Below are positions 26,501 through 34,930 of a DNA stretch of 64,000 nt, one piece after another (the first letter of the stretch is position 1; every line of letters starts with the position of its first letter). The position numbers and the translations under genes were made by a program. The notes under the pieces are model-generated. The model was given only the letters and a program-made list of their open reading frames with translations. It made no database searches and was not told where the DNA came from. Source of the stretch: Mizuhopecten yessoensis. Taxonomy: Eukaryota. The DNA lies in NCBI RefSeq assembly GCF_002113885.1, contig NW_018404940.1, positions 976,786 through 1,040,785 on the forward strand, written 5' to 3'.

Positions 26501-27037
26501 CTAGGGACCGTGGGATCGCAGTTTTGACCCCAGGTGGAAGCACACATACTATTCTCTTTCCTGTTACACTGCATTTATATATAAATATGCTGTTTTTTCT
26601 TGTAGCGTAATTTATTATTTGAAAATCAGTTAGCAGTATACAGATGTTATAGGAAAGAGAAAATGCAATAATTACTGACAAGAATTCGAACTCAGGACCT
26701 CCAAACTTTATACAGTTATAAGGCCTCTCTCACTAATAATTTTGGGTCGGATTTTGGTTAAACATGAATTTTGCTAGATCCGTGTAAATTTTCTGCGGCA
26801 ATGTGATGTCCATCATGCACCTTACAAAATTTATAAATATTACAACACTTTAAAACAAATCATATGAACCAACAATGATACAAGAAAGATACAAGAAATA
26901 CCGATAGAAGACGGGGGGGGGGGGGGGGGGGCGGTAATGTAATCGACTATGTGTAAGTTATTCTTCAATTATTTCCCATATGTAGAAACAACTAGTAGTG
27001 CTTTAAACGGCGTTCTTACACGGTAGGAGAATTTCAT
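2411..27037 (-). CDS. PWP2: Periodic tryptophan protein 2 homolog (PWP2/UTP1, WD40 subunit of the SSU processome UtpB complex); 19 coding exons, 913 aa
   Basis: Exons assembled by hand with GT/AG ends and consistent phases, summing to 2742 nt. Recognisable PWP2 peptides: MKFSYRFSNLLGSVYRKGN, GQLLVWEWQSETYVLKQQGH, YRNFRTFTSPRP, FDPFDLEMDITP, HLQFYMIW, and an acidic C-terminal tail. Confidence 0.96.
4621..4846 (-). CDS. PWP2: PWP2 exon 18 (Utp12-like domain; HLQFYMIW)
   Basis: ttcag/gtgagt ends, conserved peptide. Confidence 0.94.
5106..5210 (-). repeat. Short degenerate ~30-bp tandem repeat overlapping the exon 17 donor
   Basis: Plus-strand copies tttacctacccattaaac (5129), ttacctcccattaaac (5161) and ctacctaccattagag (5191, the real junction). 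Confidence 0.65.
5199..5417 (-). CDS. PWP2: PWP2 exon 17 (GRAWASATTEGLLVYSLD...FDPFDLEMDITP...ESIPVSN)
   Basis: tgcag/gtaggt ends, conserved peptide. Confidence 0.95.
5743..6130 (-). mobile_element. Non-autonomous HINE/pearl-like element
   Basis: AACAAG end with hairpin ACCGC-GA-GCGGT; repeated subterminal ATAATACG; short (GCCC)n; terminal CGTATAAAAA. Confidence 0.55.
6207..7133 (-). mobile_element. Helentron-associated (HINE/pearl-like) non-autonomous element with internal ~158-bp tandem repeats
   Basis: Termini AACAAGAGGCCC..GGGCC..CGCTCACCTG and CAGGTGAGCTAAAAA; (GACG)n microsatellite; internal repeats. Confidence 0.8.
7182..7356 (-). CDS. PWP2: PWP2 exon 16 (EFLDRRKMT...LPGVKKGDMSSRHWKPEVRV...FSPT)
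   Basis: cacag/gtcagt ends, conserved peptide. Confidence 0.95.
7420..7818. mobile_element. MITE-like element with a long imperfect hairpin
   Basis: atcttaaatttgttttcatttcatatg (7681) pairs with cacatgaaatgaaactcatttaagat (~7785-7810); CpG-rich body with two TGACGTCA sites. Confidence 0.5.
8379..8501. repeat. 63-bp direct tandem duplication
   Basis: tccatataggttt..ccaagcctcaattcatta occurs twice. Confidence 0.85.
8821..8968 (-). CDS. PWP2: PWP2 exon 15 (AFTTICYSADGQCLLAAGQSKNVCIY...FDGME)
   Basis: tacag/gtatgt ends, conserved peptide. Confidence 0.95.
9296..9476 (-). CDS. PWP2: PWP2 exon 14 (VLAVAFRPDGGEVAVA...SIEGRHDLG...AAEG)
   Basis: tttag/gtaggt ends, conserved peptide. Confidence 0.95.
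10444..10594 (-). CDS. PWP2: PWP2 exon 13 (VLTGHVGPISTLSF...GSWDKSVKLWDVF...NSD)
   Basis: cacag/gtaagg ends, WD40 motif. Confidence 0.95.
10994..11141 (-). CDS. PWP2: PWP2 exon 12 (YRNFRTFTSPRPCQFSCLAVD...QTGRLLE)
   Basis: gacag/gtttgt ends, conserved peptide. Confidence 0.95.
11423..13405. repeat. 49-bp minisatellite, about 40 copies, nearly homogeneous, in PWP2 intron 11
   Basis: Unit accatcagtaatgaccaagacgtattcctaggattactagacatgataa. Confidence 0.97.
13561..13709 (-). CDS. PWP2: PWP2 exon 11 (VKVWNTSSGFCFVTFTEH...SLDGSVRAFDLN)
   Basis: ttgcag/gtaggt ends, conserved peptide. Confidence 0.96.
14276..14483 (-). CDS. PWP2: PWP2 exon 10 (VSDQSIASMAFNNTGDWLALG...ATGGDDGK)
   Basis: ttacag/gtatgt ends; strongly conserved peptide. 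Confidence 0.96.
14944..15099 (-). CDS. PWP2: PWP2 exon 9 (FSYKEARG...GSFFLHEMPDFNLIHSL)
   Basis: ttgcag/gtaatc ends, conserved peptide. Confidence 0.93.
15428..15852 (+). mobile_element. Short Penelope-like (inverted pseudo-LTR) insertion
   Basis: 13-bp TSD atgtttaagatat (15415-15427, 15853-15865); near-perfect ~66-bp inverted repeat 15429-15494 / 15677-15742; contains a hammerhead motif. Confidence 0.72.
15647..15685 (+). ncRNA. Minimal type I hammerhead ribozyme-like motif (core variant CUGCAGA)
   Basis: gtc-CTGCAGA-a-gccc-actgttc-gggc-GAAA-ccg-GTA-gac: stem I gtc/gac, stem II gccc/gggc, palindromic stem III ACCGGT, GUA cleavage triplet. Confidence 0.6.
16640..17860 (-). repeat. 34-bp minisatellite made of the exon 8 3' end plus its 5' splice site; 36 copies
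   Basis: Sense unit CTATGTACCAGCGAGTACAAAA|gtaagtccacag; donors from 17837 to 16647 span exactly 35 x 34 bp. Confidence 0.97.
17838..17895 (-). CDS. PWP2: PWP2 exon 8 (ETEMDTAEPEDRAMYQRVQK), 58 nt
   Basis: tttacag acceptor, gtaagt donor; needed to bridge phase 1 (exon 7) to phase 2 (exon 9). Confidence 0.85.
18362..18506 (-). CDS. PWP2: PWP2 exon 7 (VFTISQNGHLCVWECD...ENPDSK)
   Basis: atcag acceptor, gtatac donor, phase consistent. Confidence 0.9.
18507..19133 (-). other. Probable U12-type (minor spliceosome) GT-AG intron, PWP2 intron 6
   Basis: 5' end GTATCCTT; TTTCCTTAGC branch-like motif about 10 nt before the AG, with no pyrimidine tract between them. Confidence 0.75.
18833..19043 (-). 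mobile_element. Degenerate tRNA-derived SINE inside the U12-type intron
   Basis: (AAAC)-like tail at ~18835, central domain ggagaaaaaccactgacc, B-box-like ggttcgagg on the minus strand. Confidence 0.55.
19134..19269 (-). CDS. PWP2: PWP2 exon 6 (VLCAGSKDMNTRVHAVERLANLTINSLGGHNDAIVAAYFAYNSLD)
   Basis: ttacag acceptor; donor gtatcctt (U12-type). Confidence 0.94.
19360..19520 (-). mobile_element. tRNA-like LTR plus part of the internal region (second Helenus-like TRIM family)
   Basis: Minus strand reads purine tract ggggagga, then tagctcaattagttagagc (A-box-like), agagttcagaggtcctggg and ends CTGTTACA; homologous to 38141-38250. Confidence 0.5.
19610..21066 (+). mobile_element. 5'-truncated, degraded CR1-clade LINE in PWP2 intron 5
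   Basis: HGPDQMHPKVMKEL, MDLMKTFDKVSHKRL, SGIPQGSVLGPVLF, EKDIGVMVD, KTLVRPHL with many stops and frameshifts; ends attaaattaaact. Confidence 0.88.
21477..21620 (-). CDS. PWP2: PWP2 exon 5 (KFAVTRNSVILVFHAPGKRREFNPFQLFRTYQGAYDETVCIDWTLDS)
   Basis: ttcag/gtatga ends, conserved peptide. Confidence 0.95.
21963..22062 (-). CDS. PWP2: PWP2 exon 4 (DGEGYLCSLISKTVLSTYHFHQPVHQVKFSPDG)
   Basis: ttgcag/gtaaga ends, phase consistent. Confidence 0.94.
22151..23515 (-). mobile_element. HINE/pearl-like element with internal ~146-bp repeats (alternating ~291-bp dimer)
   Basis: AACAAGAGGCCCAATGGGCC..CGCTCACCTG and CAGGTGAGCTAAAAA termini, ggacg repeats, monomer motif tgtgaccttgaa. Confidence 0.85.
23680..25465. 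repeat. Degenerate ~29/39-bp minisatellite abutting the exon 3 donor
   Basis: Consensus aatcatcaccctcatactaaccaggagtc with variants; resembles the exon 3 junction catcacttaccctcattcaccaggatca. Confidence 0.92.
25483..25577 (-). CDS. PWP2: PWP2 exon 3 (NRSETLPIESGKNITCIALSPDGYTMILVNE)
   Basis: ctcag acceptor, gtaagt donor, WD40 peptide. Confidence 0.94.
25913..26025 (-). CDS. PWP2: PWP2 exon 2 (FSNLLGSVYRKGNVVFTPDGNSVISPVGNRVTVFDLK)
   Basis: ttgcag acceptor, gtaagt donor, conserved peptide. Confidence 0.95.
26213..26568 (+). mobile_element. Complete miniature LTR element (TRIM) with tRNA-like LTRs, Helenus-like
   Basis: LTR1 26213-26326 (TGTGGCAG..TGTTTCA), PBS-like TGGTGTC at 26329, PPT A8G9 26391-26407, LTR2 ~26409-26568 (..TGTTACA) with tagctcagtggtaga A-box; flanks ctgt/ctgc. 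Confidence 0.72.
27020..27037 (-). CDS. PWP2: PWP2 exon 1 (MKFSYR)
   Basis: ATG AAA TTC TCC TAC CGT followed by gtaag; matches the PWP2 N-terminus MKFxYR. Confidence 0.9.
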
Positions 27038-27339
27038 AATCACTGAATGTTCAAATCATCTTCAAGTTTCGTATCACATTTTCATAACAAACCAGCACAT
27101 GATGAGCACATGTTTAATGCTTGTGACGTCAAACGGTCCCTATTATAGTTTAAAAGACCACATTTGATTGGAGGCTTTCGGTTATGTCGACCAATCAAAT
27201 TACGGCTAAGAAATAATGGGATATCACGATCACATGATACGTTGTAATTTCGCCATCTTGCATCGTCGATCAACCTGAGTGGATATCCTCTCCGTAAAAT
27301 CGAATTTTTCACCCTAGTTCAATTCCAAATCTAAGAAAA
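27038..27339. promoter_or_regulatory. Compact bidirectional promoter shared by PWP2 and ATP6V0C
   Basis: 302 bp between divergent ATGs, CpG-rich. CRE TGACGTCA 27124-27131; opposed CCAAT boxes (ATTGG 27167-27171, CCAAT 27191-27195); M-box TCACATGA 27230-27237 plus CACATG at 27096 and 27107; YY1-like CGCCATCTT 27251-27259. Confidence 0.8.
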
Positions 27340-27421
27340 ATGACCGACGTAGTTGAGAAACAACCCCTTTACACACCGTTCTTCGGAGCAATGGGTGCAA
27401 CGGCGGCTATGGCCTTCAGTG
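27340..27421 (+). CDS. ATP6V0C: ATP6V0C exon 1
   Basis: aaaATG ... TTC AGT G|gtaaga. Confidence 0.93.
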
Positions 27422-30400
27422 GTAAGAGAAATATTCAACTTTGCCTTTGACACGGCACCGGGTGGGCAAATCATAATCGATCGTTTTGGGAATATGTCAT
27501 TGATGATTTTGATGTGACATTGACGACAGGAAACAAGTCGTAACAAAATTAATATGTATGGCATGCTTGGAAAATTTGTTTTTGCGGTGCATATTTTTGT
27601 CGTTTTGTAATGGAGTTTCAGTTTGAAATGTGTTTCACCGACGATGACATCTGTTCCGGTGGGTTGTTGGGTCACGAGACGGTGGACGAAGGTGAATCAT
27701 TGTGTATTCCAAAAATTATCTTTCTTAAACAGTCAAAGAAATTCTAGTATCTATCATAGCACTACATTTGTATTAATTAATAAGAAATCGAAATATTAAA
27801 ACGGAAACTATGAAGATAAAAAAGCAGCCATAATTCCGTGAAAGTGTTTCATAAAGCATGTTTGAAGTGAAAATTTAGGCTGGACTAAATTTTACTTTCA
27901 TTTTAAATCTCTCTTTTTTTTAACAGCTGAATATTGGCCTTTTAACTGGACCAGTACACTCTGCCGATTGAGCTATATAGAGAAAATATAGCTCAATACA
28001 GCTATAATTATAGGTGATAATAGCAAAAAGTACACGAAAATTTCAATGTCCCATCCTGCATTGATTTTACAACAAGTTGATGTCTTGTCTGGTATAAATA
28101 ATATTTGTTAAACTTAAAGGCTACTGTATGGTTTTACCTACTGTATAGACAGTATAGAGAACTTTGTAAAAGTGCAGGTAAACTTTATTCAATTACAATT
28201 TTAGTTGCCCCAAGATTCTGTCTCCTCTGTTAATTGGTCTGGGTCTTAGGGAAATGAATGCTATGAAATACAATAGTAGTAGTCATTTAAATACAGTTTA
28301 TATTGTGTGGCAGGGTTCAATTTTACATAGGATTAAGGTCGCCTTTAGGCTTCTAGCTTCGAGCTAGGGGGAATTTCCCTTTAGCTCAATGGTAGAGCGT
28401 CCGACTAGGAACCTGGAGATCGAGGGTTCGATCACCGGTGCACTATTCTCTTTCCTGTTACAAATGCATGGATCTACATGTTAATGTGAACTGCTGTTAA
28501 AGTGACCTGTATTTCATTCTGACTTTCTATAGGTCATTGCAGCTAAACATGGAGCACCACAATAAAAAATGTTTTTACTTTTATATTTATAAAAACAACA
28601 TTCAATCATTGAATTGAAAATTGTTTTCTCTAAAATAGTAATAATGAAAAAATAGTAATAATGTAAAAACATTTTTCAGATTTAACGATAAGTACAATTA
28701 GTTTCATATAGATTCTTTTGAAATTGAGAAAAGTCACAGAAAAAGGGCAAGTGTGTGCTTGACATTGTCAGTAAAGATTTCAATGTGACCTAATTCTGTG
28801 GATAGAAGTTAGCTATATATCTATAAGATTAACATTGCTGAGCGACTGAGGTATTCCTAGATAACATATCTGGGTATCTGTTTGTATGACGGTAAATTTG
28901 ACGTTATGACCTTACTACGACCATACATACATGCTGTCTATATATATCTCATTGTTACAGTTAGTGAGTAGGCACAATTTATAACTTCTGAATCCTTTTC
29001 TCTATATTTTCCAAGAATTTTAATGACAAACTACCTCAATATAAGAAATACAATTTATATACTATGACTGTCCTCTTAGACTGTGTCCAGAAGCTTTCCA
29101 TTCAATTGACAGAACCTTGCAAAAATGAAAACTTCTTGAAAAATTTCTTTCATCTCCTAAAGTTGAAACTAATGAAAGATCATATACAGTTATGTATTGT
29201 AACCAACTTGGAACTATCTATATCTTATTAATTTCTTTATGATTATATCTTGTCAGGAAGTTTAAAATATTGTCAGTGCTATTTACATGCAATTGTAAGT
29301 GTTTATAATAAGCATTTTCAGGACATTCAACTTCAAGAATTGACTTTTTTGCCAATCCAGGAAGTATATGCATATGTATATGTATGTTATTTATTAAAGT
29401 GTGTTGCAATTTCAATTCCTCAAATAATTGGGGTTCGAAATGCAGAGATTTTATGGTGAAAGAAATAAATTGGAAAAAAATAGTCCTGCACAAGCAGTCT
29501 CATTATTCATTGTGTGAACTAAAATTAAAAATTTTAAAAAATGTGTAAGGTCTCCCTTGAATAACTGTAATTAGCTATTTTCTGCTACATGTTATCTCTT
29601 GTGTTAATAAGATATATGTAGTACTTATATTGTGTTCATCGTTCACAATGGATTGAATAAGGCTTACAATTTGGTTCAAGAGAGTTGAAGAGTAAGAGTA
29701 TTAAGAGACTTAGAACTCTTTGATAGGAGAGATATGTCATGATAACCCCAAGGTAAAACATTGTCATTACATCATGATGCTTGTGTCAAGTTAATTAGTT
29801 ATAAGTATGTTAGTATTCCACTGGGGATCATGAAATACATGTACATATTCTATGTCATTATGATTATTCATGGTTTAGAATGTGAGTGTTAATGATTTTT
29901 CTTTGTAAAGATAACATTTTTAGGACTATATATAATAAGTTTTACATAAATGCACCAATGTTCCTGACCCATTGGCCTCGTTGTTATATACACACATGCA
30001 ACATGTACACTTGACTATAATATTAAAATATTCTTCTGCTATCAAAAAGTAGATTAGTATAAGTACATGCATGTGTATACAATGTACTTACACTTATTAG
30101 CATAAATTTCCACAATACAAATAATTCGAACAAATATTCTCATTTTGAGAAAGGTTTCATACTGATACATATATAAGTGATCAGGAACAAGTGGCATTAG
30201 GGTATCTGAAATCGAAAGTGGCCATGGTAACATGTGTACAGTAATGACTTCAGGTTTATTTTCATCAGCAGAACCAAAATTTCCTTTGAAATATTTTTAG
30301 TGCCTCACATCTAGAGATGCAAGTGCCCTATAGTAATCACAGGTTTATTTATAGAGTATTGCTTGTATCAGAGTTTGCTTTATTAATTTTTTATCACAAT

Positions 30401-33400
30401 TGATTCTTTACTGAGATTGATCACAAGGGTGTACAATGTATGTAGTGTTGATGTCTTTTCTATATGAATCAACCTGGTTGATAAGAACAAATCAATTTAG
30501 ATATATACATATATTATATCCATAATGTCAAATGGTGTTTCAATATCCGACTAGACTGAGGGTGACTAAACGTGACTCAATATTGCTACGATTGTAGAAT
30601 GAAGCTATGGAAATTGAATTGCCATAAGAATTCTCTACAAGATCAAACACACTAGGTGTTTCCTCTCTTACACCAGTCCCACATCATCCAATCAGATCAG
30701 AGCTCACTAGGCTATTATCCAATAAGATGATAGTATTTAATTTTCTCCTCTTCATATACATTGTGTGTGGCATATATATAGGGCCGAGTTTCCCACCCTT
30801 GATTGCTGGTGGTAGATTGCTCTAATGCCTTGGTATAGCAAGCTTCCCTTTGACATCACTCAGCTGACAGCCAGAGAACCAGTTATTGATCGCATGGTTT
30901 CTCCCATGGTAATCGATGCTTGCAGTATCCAGGTTCAGTGTTTACATGGTTGGGCTATAGCTGGCTTCTAAGCTAGGTTTGAGTACAGGCTGTCGTACTG
31001 CTGTAGTCGGTGCATCAGCTTCTGGCTGTAAGTGTCTAACCATCATCGTCAGCAGTGCCAACATAAAAGTCTGGATTATAGCCCCATTGTGTTACACCAT
31101 GTTATACTATTCGTGGAGTATTACCAATTATATGGGAAGAATATATAGATTTTCCTCACATGTTCTCAAAAGGAAACGTTTAACACAAATAAAGTGTCAG
31201 TATTGGATAGATAAACTTACAGTCTAACCTACTGATATACATTGTACTACAGTATTTTATAGATTTGTACAGGTCTAACTAGATCATAGCTTACTTCAGT
31301 AAATACTACCCTATAGAGTAGAGCTGAATTGGATATCTGAACATAGTTAATGGATATTTGTTTCCCCACATATCGTATCCCACACATCAGTTATGATAAA
31401 AATACATTTACAAAGGAATCAAGCTGTTCATGTTTTGTAATGTATGTCGGAATTTGAATCTTAAAGATTTGTGTCCGTTTTCAAAGTAAAACTCAATTCA
31501 CAATCCCATCTCTTGTCTGATTAATGCAGTGTCCAGCATGTGTTTGCTTGTAAGCACCATTTTCAAAAACAGTTTAAACACAATTAGATGATAAAACAAC
31601 AAACAAAATGAATTGCAATTAGATTGTCACATTTATTCTGGAACCGGGGCATTTTACTAAATATAATGTAACATGCATCGTACTCCGTAAATCTGAGCGA
31701 TATCACAAATGCTTCCAGAATCAACCAAGTTTTTAAACCATTAAAACTATTTACACACTTATCTGTTAACTGATTTTGTGACAGACCGCTATTTACTATA
31801 TAGATTTCACGATATATATGAGAACATCAGACATGATTAAAAAGGCAATTAGACTGGAAACAACTGATTTAACTACTTTGTTACCTGTCAAATGCCTTTC
31901 AAATTCAGTCAACAAATACTGAAATGTAAAATTCTGCTGTTTGATTTAGCTCTATGTTTGAAAGACCTGATAAAACACAACAGTTACATCCTGAACAGAT
32001 AAACCATAGCTCATAGCTCCTGATACCTGGGGTTGTACCAGTTGACATAATCATTTTTAAAAAAACAGATGTTCATTTTGCATTTCACACCAGGATACTG
32101 CAAGTGCATGCATACTGATTTTAATGCAAAATGAATGAAAACAACATACACCATATACAAAAATAGATGTGTACTATGTATGTATAATTTATGATCAGAG
32201 GAACCGATAATTCTACAAAATAAAACTAAATAAAAAAACTCCCACAAAAAACAACTAGGGGACACTGTACATATTTGATTGTACACACATTCATTTCGTG
32301 GTACCTATCTATAGCTTTACCTGATTGTACATGTGTAGTATGTACAGTTACTGTATATATGTGTATAACACAGGAGTGACTTGAGCCAATTGAGGCTATA
32401 TCCGGGATCCTTCTGTATAGGGGATTATAATATTGATCTGTTCTAGCACACCTCAAAAACAATTTTGAGTATTTCCTGAAATGTTATAATAGTTCCAGTG
32501 AATTATTTCTCCCTCATAAATCTCAATTTAAAAACAGGTAATACTTTTGAAAACATTTTAAGTAATTTTAAGGAAATAGGAAATACAGTCTGTGAGCTAT
32601 ACATATTTAATTAGTGGCAGGAATGTTGATGGCCATTTGAAGTCAACAGTCCTAACACGTCACATACATATGTACACGTACACTCACGCGTCTATCTTGT
32701 ATACCCTCAAGCTGAAGTCCATCCCACGGCATACCATATACATATACATTAGGTAATAGGATTAGATTTGACACACAAGACACCTTCTCTAAGTGTACCC
32801 CTATACAATTATATTTCATAATTTGCCACAGGGCTATATATATCAATAAATGTATCTATACATTACATAATGCTTCCTCTCTCGGTAGATATCCACCTTT
32901 TTCCTCGTAAAAGTTACCCATTTGTTCTCTAAACATATACACACCCCTATACAATTATATTTCATAATTAGCCACAGGGCTATATATATCGATAAATGTA
33001 TCTTTACATTACATAATGCTTCCTCTCTCGGTAGATATCCACCTTTTTCCTCGTAAAAGTTACCCATTTGTTCTCTAAACATATACACACCCCTATACAA
33101 TTATATTTCATAATTAGCCACAGGGCTATATATATCAATAAATGTATCTTTACATTACATAACGCTTCCTCTCTCGGTAGATATCCTCCTTTTTCCATGT
33201 AAAAGTTATCCATTTGTTCTCTATAAACACTATTTTCCAAAAGTGTGCATAATGTTCCTTACTCTACACCTTTTTTTTTTAATTCCAAGATCACATCCGG
33301 ATCCCCTATCAGTGATTTTCAGGGTGAATTTCAGGCCTTGTAAAGTTCCGTGTCCTAGATCATTTCTGCTCCATTTTCCTAAAATTAATGCAAAAATCAC

Positions 33401-34930
33401 ATTATATTGCCATCATTATGCTTTTTGTGTGTGATATTTTCCTGAAGTCACAATGCACCACAGGGTCTGGTGGAACGGAGGTAGAGAAATCACTCCCAAT
33501 GCACCACAGGCTCCGGTGGACCGGGGGTAGAGAAATCACTCCCAATAATGTGAATTGATCAACACCCTCATGAACATTTTGTAATCATTATGGCATAAAT
33601 GATTATTTAAAAAGTTTTAGCAGCAGTCAAGAATGTACTAAAATGTACAGTCACTACTAGCTATATATACATGACTTATACAATAGTTAGTACCCGACTT
33701 CTTTATTTTTTGTATCATATGCCCCTCTATAAAGGGAAGGGTCTAATAAAGGTTTCACACATATATTTACACGCTCTGATCTTGGTCCTACTTTTGATCC
33801 ATTTTCCTTGATGTAAAGGTCAAGGTTACCAAATGAAGTAAGTAGAGCATTGATTGAACTTGATTCTAATTTTCAGTGTATGCATCAAATTTGATCAATG
33901 CTCTACTTTCTTTATTTGCCTTCAGATTAAAATTCATTCAAGAATTCTTTAACAAGCTAAGTTCATTGTTGCAAATGTGCTATCAGTAAAAAATAATTGT
34001 CCTTATTTTTCACAGATTTTTACACGAAGAGATACAATACCTTGAACAAGTTCACAATAAAGTCACCACCCTTAAAACAAAATCACTGTCTGATCCACTT
34101 GTTTTTTTGTTTCAGCCTTGGGAGCTGCCTATGGCACAGCCAAGTCTGGTACTGGAATCGCTGCCATGTCTGTGATGCGGCCGGAGCTGATCATGAAGTC
34201 TGTGATCCCCGTCGTCATGGCTGGTATCATTGCCATCTATGGTCTGGTCGTAGCTGCCCTCATCGCCAATAGTATCACCAAAGACTACACACTCTTCACG
34301 TATGTATTCCACATTTCAAACCAAGAAATTCATACAGAATCAGTTTACTCTTCACAAACATGGTATGCCACAATACTCGAAAATATCAAAAATTGGACCA
34401 ATTAATTTTTCTTTGACCATATGTATGATCTTTTGCGGAAATGTTCTTTTTAAAATGTCATTGATATTGATATGATTATAATTGGTTAGCTAGGTGTTTA
34501 CCAGTCAGTGTTATATTGTATTGTAGTTTTATAGGTGAATGAAATCCGAAGAGTATTAATTTAAACAAATAAATTTCCATTCAATGTATTTGTCAACATG
34601 TAAATTTCTCTTCATATTTTCATTGATGAAGAGGAAGCGATACATGCCTGCATTAACATCCTGTTACACTAAACTTGTTAACTTGCTGCTTGGTTAATGG
34701 CCCTCCTCTTTCTCCCCTATAGGAGCTTCTGCCACTTAGGTGCGGGACTGAGTGTGGGTTTGAGTGGTCTAGCTGCTGGATTTGCCATCGGAATTGTGGG
34801 AGATGCAGGTGTAAGAGGAACAGCACAGCAACCCAGATTATTTGTCGGGATGATTCTTATTCTTATTTTTGCTGAAGTACTGGGTCTATACGGACTTATT
34901 GTAGCTCTTATCTTGGCCACCAGAGGATAA
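27340..34930 (+). CDS. ATP6V0C: V-type proton ATPase 16 kDa proteolipid subunit c; exons 27340-27421, 34116-34299, 34723-34930 (157 aa)
   Basis: [27 protein letters not shown]|[47 protein letters not shown]...|[64 protein letters not shown], including the proton-carrying Glu in FAEVL. GT/AG ends; 82+184+208=474 nt. Confidence 0.97.
28306..28462 (+). mobile_element. Solo tRNA-like LTR of the same TRIM family
   Basis: TGTGGCAG...tagctcaatggtagagcg (A box)...gggttcgatc (B box)...ctattctctttcctgttaCA; flanks attg/aatg. Confidence 0.72.
32790..33225. repeat. 146-bp tandem repeat, about 3 copies
   Basis: cccctatacaattatatttcata at 32798, 32944 and 33090. Confidence 0.92.
34116..34299 (+). CDS. 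ATP6V0C: ATP6V0C exon 2
   Basis: tttcag|CC TTG GGA GCT GCC TAT ... TTC AC|gtatgt. Confidence 0.96.
34723..34930 (+). CDS. ATP6V0C: ATP6V0C exon 3 (to TAA)
   Basis: Pyrimidine tract ending ctatag|G AGC TTC; conserved C-terminal helices. Confidence 0.96.

Noticed and set aside
2583-27019. Intronic snoRNAs, expected in ribosome-biogenesis genes
   Set aside because: I saw no convincing C/D or H/ACA box pair with terminal stem by eye; an Infernal/snoscan search would be needed.
28375-28445. Possible tRNA gene (A and B boxes)
   Set aside because: No convincing acceptor stem or cloverleaf; it lies inside a repeated TG..CA LTR-like unit.
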